The notes under the pieces: generated by a model
What the model was told of the DNA's origin: nothing
Seen by the model: the letters and a program-made list of their open reading frames with translations, nothing else
The model's database searches: none
Virus record (IMG/VR): IMGVR_UViG_3300029267_002792
DNA: 64,000 nt
Direction: 5' to 3' (one strand)
Source: a virus
In this document: piece by piece, positions 19,811 to 29,798 of the stretch
How the letters are laid out: each line of letters starts with the position of its first letter
Numbering within the stretch: position 1 is the first letter of the stretch
Program-made: the position numbers and the translations under genes

Positions 19811-19824
19811 CAACTCTTAGGTAA
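19811..19824 (-). promoter_or_regulatory. TTACCTAAGAGTTG motif, 22 nt upstream of GTG 19788
   Basis: Lies just after the terminator; matches 18763-18776. Confidence 0.45.
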
Positions 19825-19835
19825 CGCCCCGCGCG

Positions 19836-19872
19836 AAAAAGGCCGCAAGCCGCGTGAACGCGACCTACGGCC
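19836..19872 (-). terminator. Intrinsic terminator after the tail tube gene
   Basis: GGCCGUAGGUCGCG-UUCA-CGCGGCUUGCGGCC gives a 14-bp stem (with G.U pairs) followed by UUUUU. Confidence 0.8.
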
Positions 19873-19877
19873 CTCTT

Positions 19878-20414
19878 CTACGCCGCAGCGTTGACGATCA
19901 GCTCGTAGTACTCCAGCTCCAAGTCGAGTTCCATGATGGAGATTTCCGACGCCGTGGCATCCAGGTCACCTGCCACCTTGTACCGGGCCGGGAACGCCTC
20001 ATGGACCAAATAGGTCCGCTGGGCGTCCACCTCCGTCGGGATCGCCGTCAGGTTGCCCTCTGTACTTCCTGTGAGCGCTTCCTCCCGGTGGTAGTGCTTG
20101 ATCCGCACATCCTCCCGATAGTTCCCAGCGCCCTCCATGACCGTCTTGGTCCACTTCCAGAAAGCTTGGTCGGTGATCGCCACCCCTCGAGAAAGCGAGA
20201 TCGGTGCGAAAGTCGTGTTCCCCGGCTGCTTGCGGGTGTAGATGTACGTACCTTCCTTGTACTCTACCGCCTCGATCGTAGCCTCAGGAACCGAACACAT
20301 CGAGAAGCCCGCCTGCGGGGGGCCGAGACGTTCCTCGGCCGCCACCTCTCCGCTGACAACCTCGACGTGGAAACGCATCGAGTGAAGGAAGTCTTCTGAC
20401 ACTGGCCGAGCCAT
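19878..20414 (-). CDS. Major tail tube protein, T4 gp19 family (178 aa)
   Basis: D......RFHVE...AGFSMCS.PE...E.VEYKEG...KQPG...F..ISLSRG; ARYK..GDLDATASEISI.EL.L; GGAGG before ATG 20414. Confidence 0.92.
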   Translation of the reverse strand: MARPVSEDFLHSMRFHVEVVSGEVAAEERLGPPQAGFSMCSVPEATIEAVEYKEGTYIYTRKQPGNTTFAPISLSRGVAITDQAFWKWTKTVMEGAGNYREDVRIKHYHREEALTGSTEGNLTAIPTEVDAQRTYLVHEAFPARYKVAGDLDATASEISIMELDLELEYYELIVNAAA

Positions 20415-20501
20415 GTAACAGCCTCCGTCCCTGGTCCCGCCGCAGCGAGTTCCCGTCAAAGACGGGCGAGGTCAAAAACCTCTGCCGGAAGGGCTTCCGG
20501 T
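20415..20501 (-). ncRNA. Structured 5' leader RNA motif, copy upstream of tail tube
   Basis: ACCGG-AAGCCCUU-CCGG CA GAGGU/ACCUC G CCCGUC/GACGGG AA CUCGC/GCGGG, then AGGG and GGAGG; homologous to 24196-24290 and 31290-31374. Confidence 0.8.
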
Positions 20502-20543
20502 CGTTATTCCAAACCTACAACAGCCGAGCTACCAACCGCAAGC

Positions 20544-21182
20544 CTACTCGAAAGCCGTGATGTGCACGACGTCCGTATTCGCCAGGTCACCGCCACCGCC
20601 ATTCAAAGTAACGACCACGTCGTTCCCTGAAATGACAAAGGTGTCCGTGATCGCCATCTTCAGCGCACCCGTCGCATCGAGGACAGTCACCTGAACCGCA
20701 GCCGGCACGAACGAGAACGAAAACCGCACCGCCCCAGCCGTGATCATGGCCGTGGTGATCGCCAGCTTGGTAGCCGCGAGAACCTGGTTCCCCGACTCTT
20801 TCCCAGCCAGAGTGTTGAGGTTGACATCCCCAACGTCACTGGCCCAGTTCGTCACCCCGCTCGCATCGAGTGCAATATCGGGGTTCCCAGAAGCAACCTG
20901 CCCGTTGGCGGATACTGCCGAGCGAAGACGGAGCTGAGTCGCGCTCAGCTTGTCCCACACCAGCGCCTCTGTCCCACTCGCCTGGGCAGCTGCGAGGAGA
21001 TTGTCGAGTGACGCCTCAGCGTCCGCGCCGATCTCGACCTCGATGTCAGCTGTGGCCCCTGCAGGGGCGGTAAGAAACTTGTAGGTGTCGCTACCAACGA
21101 CAAGATCCTCGTCGTTGCTTGGCTGCCCACTCTGCGTCAGAGTAGCCACAGCGACAGAGCCACGTGTAAACCTGAAGCTCAT
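20544..21182 (-). CDS. Putative virion structural protein (212 aa)
   Basis: Ala/Thr/Gly-rich beta protein between sheath and tube genes. Confidence 0.55.
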   Translation of the reverse strand: MSFRFTRGSVAVATLTQSGQPSNDEDLVVGSDTYKFLTAPAGATADIEVEIGADAEASLDNLLAAAQASGTEALVWDKLSATQLRLRSAVSANGQVASGNPDIALDASGVTNWASDVGDVNLNTLAGKESGNQVLAATKLAITTAMITAGAVRFSFSFVPAAVQVTVLDATGALKMAITDTFVISGNDVVVTLNGGGGDLANTDVVHITAFE

Positions 21183-21204
21183 GATGATCTCCTCTCAGAC
21201 TCGA

Positions 21205-21552
21205 TCAGGTGATAACACCCGCCGCGTCCCGCCAATTCGTTCCATCCGTCCAGTTCAGCGCATTGTCATCCGTGTTCCAGATGGCGCCGAAGAGCGGCCA
21301 GTCAGCCGGGGCCGGACGGCTCAAGTCCGTGAAGGGCGGCCAAGGCTCGGTGCCGAGTGCAGCGTCGTCGCCGTCCTCGACCGCGAACGACAGGACAATG
21401 GTACCGGCCTGAACGAGCTTCTTCAGCTCCTGCTCCATGTCCAACTCGGAACGCGACTTCGAGACCGTCACGGCCTCGCCTGCTGCCAAGTTTTTGTAGA
21501 GCAGGCTCAGAAAAACGTCGCCCGACGAAGCGTTCGTGAATGTTACCTGCAT
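21205..21552 (-). CDS. Hypothetical virion-associated protein (115 aa)
   Basis: GGGAGG ribosome-binding site; C-terminal WNTDDNALNWTDGTNWRD fibre-like motif. Confidence 0.6.
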   Translation of the reverse strand: MQVTFTNASSGDVFLSLLYKNLAAGEAVTVSKSRSELDMEQELKKLVQAGTIVLSFAVEDGDDAALGTEPWPPFTDLSRPAPADWPLFGAIWNTDDNALNWTDGTNWRDAAGVIT

Positions 21553-21615
21553 GACCTACCTCCCTAAACACTTCCTTATCTGCTGAAACCGCTACCGAAG
21601 TCCGCCCCGCTAACC

Positions 21616-24195
21616 CTATGAATCCAAGGTTTTCTGCTGAAAGCGGAATCGGATAAATTCTGCAGGCTTGTTCGGAGCAATCCCGACGTCAATGATCACC
21701 TGACCAGCGTCGATCGACGCCTGGCTGTTGTTGGACTCGTCCACCGTGACAAAGAACGCCTGGGAGGGCGTCGTTCCGGCGAATAGGCCATCGTTGAAGA
21801 GATTGGTGAGGAATGCCTGGAGCTGCGCCTTGATCCGCGCCCAGAGCCCCGAACCATTGTTCTCGAAGACGATCCAGTGCGTCGAGTTGTACACGGACTT
21901 CTCGACGAACATGAACAGACGCCGGGCGTTGATGTACCGCCACTCGGACTGCAACGACAGCGTCCGAGCACCCCAGACAGCGAGGCCGGTCTGCGGTCCG
22001 GACACGAGGGGGTTGATCCTCGCGGGGTAAACCGTGTCGCGCTCCCCCTGGCTGATCGAGTCGATCTCCAGGCCAGAGAGGAAACTCAGCGCGCCATCCA
22101 CCGTCCCTGCCGGGACCTTGCCCACGTTTCGGTTCGTGTCCGTGCGAGCATAGATGCCTGCCAAATGTCCAAGAGGTGGGAACACGACCGGACGGTTGTC
22201 CGCCAACGGGTCCGCAACCTTCACCCACGGCCAGTAGATAGCCGCGAACTTGGAGTACTGCCCCACGTCGAGCCGCACGAAGTCCACCGCCTCCTGCGCC
22301 GACGAGCCCTGCGGCACCATGAGGATGGCAAAGCGATCACCACCAGAAGGGAGTGTCTCGCGGCTGTCCACATAGTCGAGCAGGTCCTTCGTGATCTGCA
22401 CGTCCCCTGCGAAATCGGGGATGATCACCTGCATCAGCTCTTCGATCTTGTTCAAGGCGTACAGGCCCTGGAAGTTTGGCTCCAAGGTGATCGCCGTGAA
22501 CTGGCTCCGACCGTAGTTGGTAGCGTCAAAGGTGCCGTCCGCACCCCCTGCGAACCCATCTAGGTGGCTGTCCTCCTCGGAAACCGACCGATACGTCGCA
22601 GACACGAGCTGATCCTGATCAATCGCATTCGACAGAAGCACGTCGATCGCGCCCGTGGTGTAGTCGATGGTGTTGTTCCCGGCGGCGTCCACATCACCGA
22701 TCAGGTTCCCTGAACCATCGTCCGTGATGGTCCGGGTCGTGCTCGTGGTGTCAGTCCAAGACAGACTGAACGAACGAGGAACGAGTGGGACGTCGAGGAG
22801 CGTGGTCGCGATAGCTCGATTCGCAGCCAACTCGTCGCCGGCAGCGACGACCTGACTCCGAGACTCACCATTGAGCTGCTGCGGCCCCTCAGCGTTGAGT
22901 GCTGGCTCAACCACGTTCACGAGGTCGGACAAGTCATTGAGCACATCGGGGAAGTACTGCGCCGAAGTCGCGTCCGTAAACGTGATCTCCTCGTAGGTCT
23001 CCTTGATGTCGTAGAGATTGGTCAACGAGTTGAGTAGCCGGACGTTGATGTTGAAGCGGGTGTAGGTATCAGTCGCAACCGTGTAGTAGTCGTCGTTCCC
23101 GATCACCTCAATCCGCATGTCGTTAGCCCACGCACCGACCGAGATCGGATCGATGTCCCAGGCCTGAATGTCGTAGTCACAGAGAACCGGGCAAGCCGTT
23201 CCGGGCTCGTACCCAGCCGCCGTGGTGAACGTGTAGTTACCAGCCGTGGCTCCCACGTAGTCGACGGAGCCCGCCGCAGTGAGGATCGGCCCGACGTCGG
23301 GGATGGCACCGCTGCCGTCGTCGGAGATTGACCGTACGTCCGTGCCGGGCGTGTAGTCGAGGGTGATGTTGGTCCCGTCTCCAGCGAGCACCGGAACCTC
23401 GGTACCGCCAAAGGTGACGACGAGGAATCCGGAAATGAGATCGAGAGTGGCCACCGTGCCTTGCGCGGATGTCCCGCTCGCGCGCATGGTCGTGCCGACC
23501 TGCGTCAGGTTGAGGGTCGTCGGCGTGGCACCATCCGGGTCCCAATTCAGGGTGATAGTGCCACCAGGAATGATGCTTGGAAGAGCCGAATCGACACCGT
23601 CAGAAGGCATCGACGTAACAACGCGGCCCTCGTAATGGTGACTCGGGTGCCCAACGGAATCCTGGACAAGCGCGGTCACACCGTCCCGCTCGAACAGGTT
23701 CTCAGTCGCTACCGGAGTATCATCCGAACGCCACCGGAAGGTGACACCAGCCGAACCCGGCTCCGCCACAAGGTCCGTGATCAGGGCAACCGGCGTGAGC
23801 ACGGCCTGAGTGACCGTCGCCGTGGCACCATCACCGGTGTTGCATTGGAAATCTCTCCGAGCACTGGTGACCTGACCTTTGTCGTAAGCCGAGGGAGCAC
23901 CCGACTGGTCGGTCCCGGCCTCCACCGCGTCTCCGGGCATCACCCGGACGACATAGGCTCGGCGTCCACCATTGGCGAAGAACGCGGCCATGGAGAGACC
24001 GGTTCTTGACTCCGCAATGAGATCGCCGAAGATGCTGATGAATTGTCCGAACGAGGTGACCAGGATCGCTTCGTCCGTAGGTCCTCGCTGAGTTGCTCCA
24101 ACGATGCCCAAGTTCGACGTGGAAACCGGCTGCACGACCTGGACGGCACTCGGCACCTCTTCTACGAACACACCGGGCGATAGTATTTCGGCCAT
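21616..24195 (-). CDS. Tail sheath protein, gp18-family, with large inserted domains (859 aa)
   Basis: SPGVFVEE; FFANGG..AYVVRV; YWPW.KV.DP...PP.GHLAGIYARTD; INP...WGARTL; YINARRL; WIVFENN; GIAPNKPAEFI. Confidence 0.95.
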   Translation of the reverse strand: MAEILSPGVFVEEVPSAVQVVQPVSTSNLGIVGATQRGPTDEAILVTSFGQFISIFGDLIAESRTGLSMAAFFANGGRRAYVVRVMPGDAVEAGTDQSGAPSAYDKGQVTSARRDFQCNTGDGATATVTQAVLTPVALITDLVAEPGSAGVTFRWRSDDTPVATENLFERDGVTALVQDSVGHPSHHYEGRVVTSMPSDGVDSALPSIIPGGTITLNWDPDGATPTTLNLTQVGTTMRASGTSAQGTVATLDLISGFLVVTFGGTEVPVLAGDGTNITLDYTPGTDVRSISDDGSGAIPDVGPILTAAGSVDYVGATAGNYTFTTAAGYEPGTACPVLCDYDIQAWDIDPISVGAWANDMRIEVIGNDDYYTVATDTYTRFNINVRLLNSLTNLYDIKETYEEITFTDATSAQYFPDVLNDLSDLVNVVEPALNAEGPQQLNGESRSQVVAAGDELAANRAIATTLLDVPLVPRSFSLSWTDTTSTTRTITDDGSGNLIGDVDAAGNNTIDYTTGAIDVLLSNAIDQDQLVSATYRSVSEEDSHLDGFAGGADGTFDATNYGRSQFTAITLEPNFQGLYALNKIEELMQVIIPDFAGDVQITKDLLDYVDSRETLPSGGDRFAILMVPQGSSAQEAVDFVRLDVGQYSKFAAIYWPWVKVADPLADNRPVVFPPLGHLAGIYARTDTNRNVGKVPAGTVDGALSFLSGLEIDSISQGERDTVYPARINPLVSGPQTGLAVWGARTLSLQSEWRYINARRLFMFVEKSVYNSTHWIVFENNGSGLWARIKAQLQAFLTNLFNDGLFAGTTPSQAFFVTVDESNNSQASIDAGQVIIDVGIAPNKPAEFIRFRFQQKTLDS

Positions 24196-24290
24196 TGCCT
24201 AGTCCCTCCTAAGGGTCCATCCCCGCATACTGCGAGTTCCCGCCACGTCGGACGAGCAGGCCTTGCGACCTTGCCGGCTGGAACACCGGT
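24196..24290 (-). ncRNA. Structured 5' leader RNA motif, copy upstream of tail sheath
   Basis: ACCGG-UGUUCCAG-CCGG CA AGGUC-GCAA-GGCCU G CUCGUC/GGCGGG AA CUCGCA/UGCGGG, then UGGA and GGAGG. Confidence 0.8.
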
Positions 24291-24325
24291 ACTAAGTTTT
24301 CAACACCACACCACCGGCGTGGTAG

Positions 24326-24700
24326 TTACTCCGACCCTTCGATCGCTTCCAGGATCTCCACCTTAGTCCAACTTGATGAGATCTCCAACCCCTTGGCCTG
24401 AGCATACTCGACAAGCCTGGCTTTTTTCCACTCCATGGTTGGAGACTCTACCGGTACAGGCTGCGATTGAGGTTTCACCGGAACCTGTACCTCCGGTACC
24501 GCCGGTGTTGGAGCCGGAACCGCCGCCGGCTTATCAGGGAGCCTGACAAGCAGATTCTTTCGCACACGAGAAAGGATGCTGGCCGATCGATCTTGTTCAG
24601 GTGTTACCGTGAGCACCTGCTTGGGAGCGACGATCGCCGACTCTCCGTTCCTCAGAGATACTGTGACAGGTCCACGAGTTCGATTGAAATACCTTGCCAT
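24326..24700 (-). CDS. Small protein with Pro-rich linker and C-terminal HeH/Rho-N-like domain (124 aa)
   Basis: PTMEWKKARLVEYAQAKGLEI....TKVEILEAI; paralogous to the C-terminus of 28655..29029. Confidence 0.65.
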   Translation of the reverse strand: MARYFNRTRGPVTVSLRNGESAIVAPKQVLTVTPEQDRSASILSRVRKNLLVRLPDKPAAVPAPTPAVPEVQVPVKPQSQPVPVESPTMEWKKARLVEYAQAKGLEISSSWTKVEILEAIEGSE

Positions 24701-24702
24701 CG

Positions 24703-25527
24703 CTACAACACCTCAGACCGGAGAGTCGCTGCCGTTGCCGCCCGCCATACCACCGGATCGGACAAGTCAAGTTCTGCCTCGACCCGCAGCGTCACGGCGA
24801 ATCCTAGCACACGCTCCGTGATTTCGGGAACCTCATCCAGATGGGAAACAGCTTCCATGAACGCAGAATACTTCCGCTGGTCCCCAACGCTATCTTCCAC
24901 GAGGACTTGGCAGTAGGGAGGGTAGCGTCGGAGCACGTAGTCTAGAACCGCGTTCACCTGGTTTCGAGGGGACCCCGCAGCGTTCGTAAACCCGGTCGGA
25001 ACACCCTTCTTAGGGAGCGGTCCCTTTCCTCGGTGTCTCGCATAGATGGAGATCGTGTAAGTAATGTCGAACGGAACGCCCGTATCCTTGGTCTCGTACC
25101 GATCGAACCCCTCCAAGCGCATCTCCCCGAACGTGTCAGGATTCCGGACCACTGTCACCGGATTAGCTCCCTGCGCCGGAGCCTTCCACGACTTGTGCCC
25201 AGGGTGCCAGCGATTCATCGCTGGTGAAATATCATCTCTGCGAACAACAATCACCGGCTGTCGGTAGCGCTCGTAAACATCCTCCGGATGCGAAAACGTG
25301 ACAGGGATTCCGGGCAACCCGGGGGCCGGCTCCACCGGAACCATATCGCTCTGCGCGATGTAGTAGTTCGAGTGCGGCCCTTTCCCGGTGTCGACCTCGT
25401 GCACCTCGGCCCCGAGCGTCTCCACAACTCCGGCGTCGAAGTTACGCAGCCCTACAATTCCAGCTGGCGCCGTGCCTTGCTCACGTGAGCTTTCACCCGA
25501 AACCGGGATCTGCATGTCCCGCGTCAT
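24703..25527 (-). CDS. Putative tail terminator/completion protein, gp15-like (about 274 aa)
   Basis: Position before sheath; P.I...R.DIS and VPFDITYTISIYAR, similar in pattern to tail completion proteins. Confidence 0.6.
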   Translation of the reverse strand: MTRDMQIPVSGESSREQGTAPAGIVGLRNFDAGVVETLGAEVHEVDTGKGPHSNYYIAQSDMVPVEPAPGLPGIPVTFSHPEDVYERYRQPVIVVRRDDISPAMNRWHPGHKSWKAPAQGANPVTVVRNPDTFGEMRLEGFDRYETKDTGVPFDITYTISIYARHRGKGPLPKKGVPTGFTNAAGSPRNQVNAVLDYVLRRYPPYCQVLVEDSVGDQRKYSAFMEAVSHLDEVPEITERVLGFAVTLRVEAELDLSDPVVWRAATAATLRSEVL

Positions 25528-25838
25528 GAGCACACCGCCTCAGCCATGAAATCCGCAAACCCGTAGTCCGCCGCCGCTACAAGCCAAGTCGCCATCACAT
25601 CGTAACTGACACGCCCTTCTGGGAAAGGCGGAAGCTCCCCTTCCTCACCCAGCAGATCGACCGCGTTGAACACAGCCTCGATAGCCACGGTATCTTTCAC
25701 CCCCGCGGCTACCAAGCGATCTACAACCGCGTCCAAATACCCGTCGAACGCTTCTTGAACGATGTGCTCCCGGCGGCGAATTTCTCGCGCCTGGCGTCGA
25801 GCTGCCGACCGCCGCACCGCCCTGGCTGCTCTGCTCAT
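25524..25838 (-). CDS. Hypothetical protein (104 aa)
   Basis: ATGA overlaps at both ends; only the C-terminal part of track ORF 25524..26672 looks protein-like. Confidence 0.6.
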   Translation of the reverse strand: MSRAARAVRRSAARRQAREIRRREHIVQEAFDGYLDAVVDRLVAAGVKDTVAIEAVFNAVDLLGEEGELPPFPEGRVSYDVMATWLVAAADYGFADFMAEAVCS

Positions 25839-26650
25839 CGCTGCCCCACTTGCAGGCCCAGTCTCTTTTGGAATGGCACGTACTTCCGCGCCTCCGCAAT
25901 AGTCGCAAAAGTCGGTGTCCTTCGCGGCCATCTCTCCCAGGCGCTGAAGCGCAGGTCGGTCATCGCTCTCGTAAACTCTCGTTTTCTGGCGATCATACCA
26001 GCTCCACCCCGGAGAGCCAACTTCAAGATCGCTCTCCGCCAGTGAGAGTGTGACCCCGAGCCGCCCAACCCGAACTCCAACCTCAATGACTCGAATGCCG
26101 TATCCGGAACCGCGGCCAGAGAGCCTACAGTTGGACCTACCGTGCGAATCCCAGCCCGAACCATCCTCCGACTCCACTCGGGCCGATCTCGTCGTCGCAA
26201 CCGTCGAACCCGCACGACCTCCCTGCGACTGACCCGGCGAGACACGACCTCGGAAGTTTTCGGGTCTGGCGCGTAGGGCATAGTGTCCAACGTCCACGGA
26301 CTGTAATCCTGAAGGATGGTCGTCTCCTCGGGTACAGCCATCATCAAGTGATCTCGCGCAGAAACGTAGACGACCGTGGTCTCCCCCTCCGCCTTCGCTA
26401 CCCCCCGCCCCTTCGGAATCGACCGAATGAGGTACCCATTCGCGGAGTCTGGAAGCCCGCGAATCGTCTGAACACGAAGCGAGTCTCGAAGCTCCTTCCG
26501 ATCTGGAGGCAAGTGCCCGAGTATGTCGTCGTGAACCTGGTTCACCGCTCGATAGAGGAACTGTCCCCGAACAGCTCGTGCCCGACGCTGCCATTCTTGC
26601 ACCAGCAGGTGTGCTTGATGGAACTGGGCCGTGTCGACCGTTATCTTCAC
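25835..26650 (-). CDS. Putative virion morphogenesis protein (about 271 aa)
   Basis: GTGA overlap with the upstream stop; basic protein in the head-tail joining region. Confidence 0.55.
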   Translation of the reverse strand: MKITVDTAQFHQAHLLVQEWQRRARAVRGQFLYRAVNQVHDDILGHLPPDRKELRDSLRVQTIRGLPDSANGYLIRSIPKGRGVAKAEGETTVVYVSARDHLMMAVPEETTILQDYSPWTLDTMPYAPDPKTSEVVSRRVSRREVVRVRRLRRRDRPEWSRRMVRAGIRTVGPTVGSLAAVPDTAFESLRLEFGLGGSGSHSHWRRAILKLALRGGAGMIARKREFTRAMTDLRFSAWERWPRRTPTFATIAEARKYVPFQKRLGLQVGQR

Positions 26651-27117
26651 GTACGGCCCCGCTTGGCCGCATCCTCGGCCCACTCCATCTCAGTCTCGAC
26701 CATCACATCCACCAAGGAGGGCTTCTTCGGGCCGAAAAATTGCCTCTGAGACAGGCGCCCCAACTTCCGATCGATGAGATCAGCCACGCTCTCACCATTG
26801 AGAGAAAGACCCACTGGCTCGACCTCTCCGAGCATCTTGACGTGCTCGTCGCACATCCCGATAACACGCGGCTCCTCCCGAACTCTCACACCTTTGGTGG
26901 CCCGAGCCCCACACACGAAACACCACTGAGTGAAATCTCGAATCGGGCCGTCGTATTCTGGAAATGTAAGCGCAGCGAACGGAGAGCCACACGGCTTCGC
27001 TGCCGTACACTTTGACCCGGGAAGCCCGCGCTCTCGTCCCGCCCAGTACCGCCTGCATGTCGCACACACAATCGACACACCGCTCGCAATGGCCTGCCCT
27101 ACCCTCACCATGTCCAT
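26647..27117 (-). CDS. Cys-rich hypothetical protein (156 aa)
   Basis: CATC, C...PCG, CFVC and MCDEH metal-binding pairs. Confidence 0.6.
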   Translation of the reverse strand: MDMVRVGQAIASGVSIVCATCRRYWAGRERGLPGSKCTAAKPCGSPFAALTFPEYDGPIRDFTQWCFVCGARATKGVRVREEPRVIGMCDEHVKMLGEVEPVGLSLNGESVADLIDRKLGRLSQRQFFGPKKPSLVDVMVETEMEWAEDAAKRGRT

Positions 27118-27130
27118 AAACGCACCCTCG

Positions 27131-27715
27131 TCAGCCGTCCAGGCGGCGCTCCGGCGTAAACTCCGTACGGCGGATGATGTTGATCGTCAGCCCAACAAAG
27201 TGATCCGAGTCCTGAACGTGCCCATCGTCGTCCACATTGATAACGTCAAAGAAATACCCGCCGTGGACCCCATGCTCTGCGTTGACCCCGTGCTCCGCAA
27301 AGAACTTGTTGTCCCAGTATTTGATGACGTCCCCTTCCAGCGGAGCCGGGGTACCGGTGTCCTCTAGCTCCTTGCGCGCGACCCAGATACTACCCTCCCA
27401 ACGGACGGTCATACCCTCCTCCCGCATCTGGGGAGAGCCTGGGATGTACGCCACGTACCCCTTGAACTTGTAAGGACCAAGCCAAACCCGATCGATCGGC
27501 TCGTCGTAAAGGGGATCACGAACCGTCTGTTCCAAATTCTGGTGCCAGAGCAGAATGTCCGTGCCAGAAGCCTGCGTATGCTCCTGCGCGAAGTGATCAA
27601 ACATCGTAGCGTCCCGGCCGTCGAGCGCGAATGGCCCGCACTTCTGAGGACCTCTCTTCTTCAGCGTAGCAAACTCACAACTGACGACCCCGGAGCACTT
27701 CTTTGTGACGGCCAT
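27131..27715 (-). CDS. Neck/head completion protein, gp14-like (194 aa)
   Basis: DPLYDEP and PLEGDVIKYW...FFDVINV; follows the gp13-like gene. Confidence 0.65.
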   Translation of the reverse strand: MAVTKKCSGVVSCEFATLKKRGPQKCGPFALDGRDATMFDHFAQEHTQASGTDILLWHQNLEQTVRDPLYDEPIDRVWLGPYKFKGYVAYIPGSPQMREEGMTVRWEGSIWVARKELEDTGTPAPLEGDVIKYWDNKFFAEHGVNAEHGVHGGYFFDVINVDDDGHVQDSDHFVGLTINIIRRTEFTPERRLDG

Positions 27716-27731
27716 TACCTACCCCTCGAAC

Positions 27732-28475
27732 TCACCCGGACACCAGCCCCATCGGATACCCGGCCCCCATGATCTCCTCCTCAAGACGCTCGATCTCCTC
27801 CTTAGCTTCATCGAGCAGTCGGTCCCAATTCAGAGTCGTCGTGCCCTGAGCACTCGGGTACTCACCGTACTTACCGCGGCTCCACCCTAAATCCTGCTGA
27901 GCCTTGGCTAGCGCGTACCTCTTGACCAGCTCATGGTCTCGCTCCTCCAGCTCCTCGATCTGCGTGAAATTGATCTTCGCCCAGACAATCAGCTTCCGGG
28001 AGTCCACAGGCGGCGGGGCGATGAAGAGCTTGTCGTTGACCTCGTACCACTCGAACTCAGCGCTCAAGATCCGCTTCGCCTGCTCGATGTACTGAAGCGC
28101 CTGCACGTAGCTGGAATAGAGACCGCCAGAGCCTCCGGAAGCGAACACGTCGTAGGGGATTTTCTCTTCGAGCAGCGTGAAAGGGGAAAAGATGAGCGAG
28201 AGGTCCAGTTTGTGTGTCTCATAGGCCACATCCAGAACGCGATCGATCTCGCTGTCCAGCTGGTACTCGACAACGCTGGATTGGGTTTGAATGGCGAAGA
28301 ACTTGGACACACCCTTCTTCGCAGCAAACCACCGAACCGCCATCTCCACAGCATCCTTGACGTGCTCTTGGCAGAGTTCGATATCCCAGAAGGGCGCACC
28401 GAGTCGACGGAGAATCCACTCGTACAGCTCCTCCCGGTCCATTAGCTTGTTTCCAGGCGGGCGAGCCATCACCAC
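27732..28475 (-). CDS. Neck protein, gp13-like (247 aa)
   Basis: EWILRRLGAP...IEL...HV.DAV..A; VKRYALAKAQQ.LG..RGKY...P...G...LN...L..EA.EEI..LEEE. Confidence 0.8.
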   Translation of the reverse strand: MVMARPPGNKLMDREELYEWILRRLGAPFWDIELCQEHVKDAVEMAVRWFAAKKGVSKFFAIQTQSSVVEYQLDSEIDRVLDVAYETHKLDLSLIFSPFTLLEEKIPYDVFASGGSGGLYSSYVQALQYIEQAKRILSAEFEWYEVNDKLFIAPPPVDSRKLIVWAKINFTQIEELEERDHELVKRYALAKAQQDLGWSRGKYGEYPSAQGTTTLNWDRLLDEAKEEIERLEEEIMGAGYPMGLVSG

Positions 28476-28484
28476 CTCCCACGA

Positions 28485-28652
28485 TCAGGATAGCAGGACG
28501 TTGCCGCCACCTACAGTGTCGAGAAGCAGTTTTCGTCCCTGACCATCCCTGACCTCATCCAAACCGCACTTCGCGCAGCGAACTCGCTTGTCACCCTTCG
28601 AGCCAACCGTCTCGACCAGGACTCCCGGATTTCCACACTTTGGGCACTTCAT
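28485..28652 (-). CDS. Small zinc-ribbon protein missing from the ORF track (55 aa)
   Basis: Hand translation: MKCPKCGNPGVLVETVGSKGDKRVRCAKCGLDEVRDGQGRKLLLDTVGGGNVLLS; GAGGGG ribosome-binding site. Confidence 0.75.
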   Translation of the reverse strand: MKCPKCGNPGVLVETVGSKGDKRVRCAKCGLDEVRDGQGRKLLLDTVGGGNVLLS

Positions 28653-28654
28653 GG

Positions 28655-29606
<952 letters not shown>

Positions 29607-29616
29607 CGTCCCCTAA

Positions 29617-29633
29617 TGCGTCCAATGGACGTA
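29617..29633. promoter_or_regulatory. Operator-like palindrome, copy 2 (sense TACGTCCATTGGACGCA)
   Basis: Sits between an extended -10-like TGGTAGACT and the ribosome-binding site of 29606; 16/17 identical to 59569-59585. Confidence 0.6.
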
Positions 29634-29798
29634 GTCTACCAGAATAAACAACCGTTTGCTCCCTACGAAGCTTGCAACCAGCGCCGCTCACATCTCCTTA
29701 GCGGGCGGGCTTTTCGCACGCGCACGGAGCACCCGAGATCGTGGCCAAGGCTCGCGCAGTCTAGGTGGAATTTCAGATGTGTGTGGAAGTACCTGTTA

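Noticed and set aside
25839-26672. N-terminal 278 aa of track ORF 25524..26672
   Set aside because: It overlaps the real gene 25835..26650 and has shadow-like composition; an ATGA-coupled start at 25838 explains the protein-like part.
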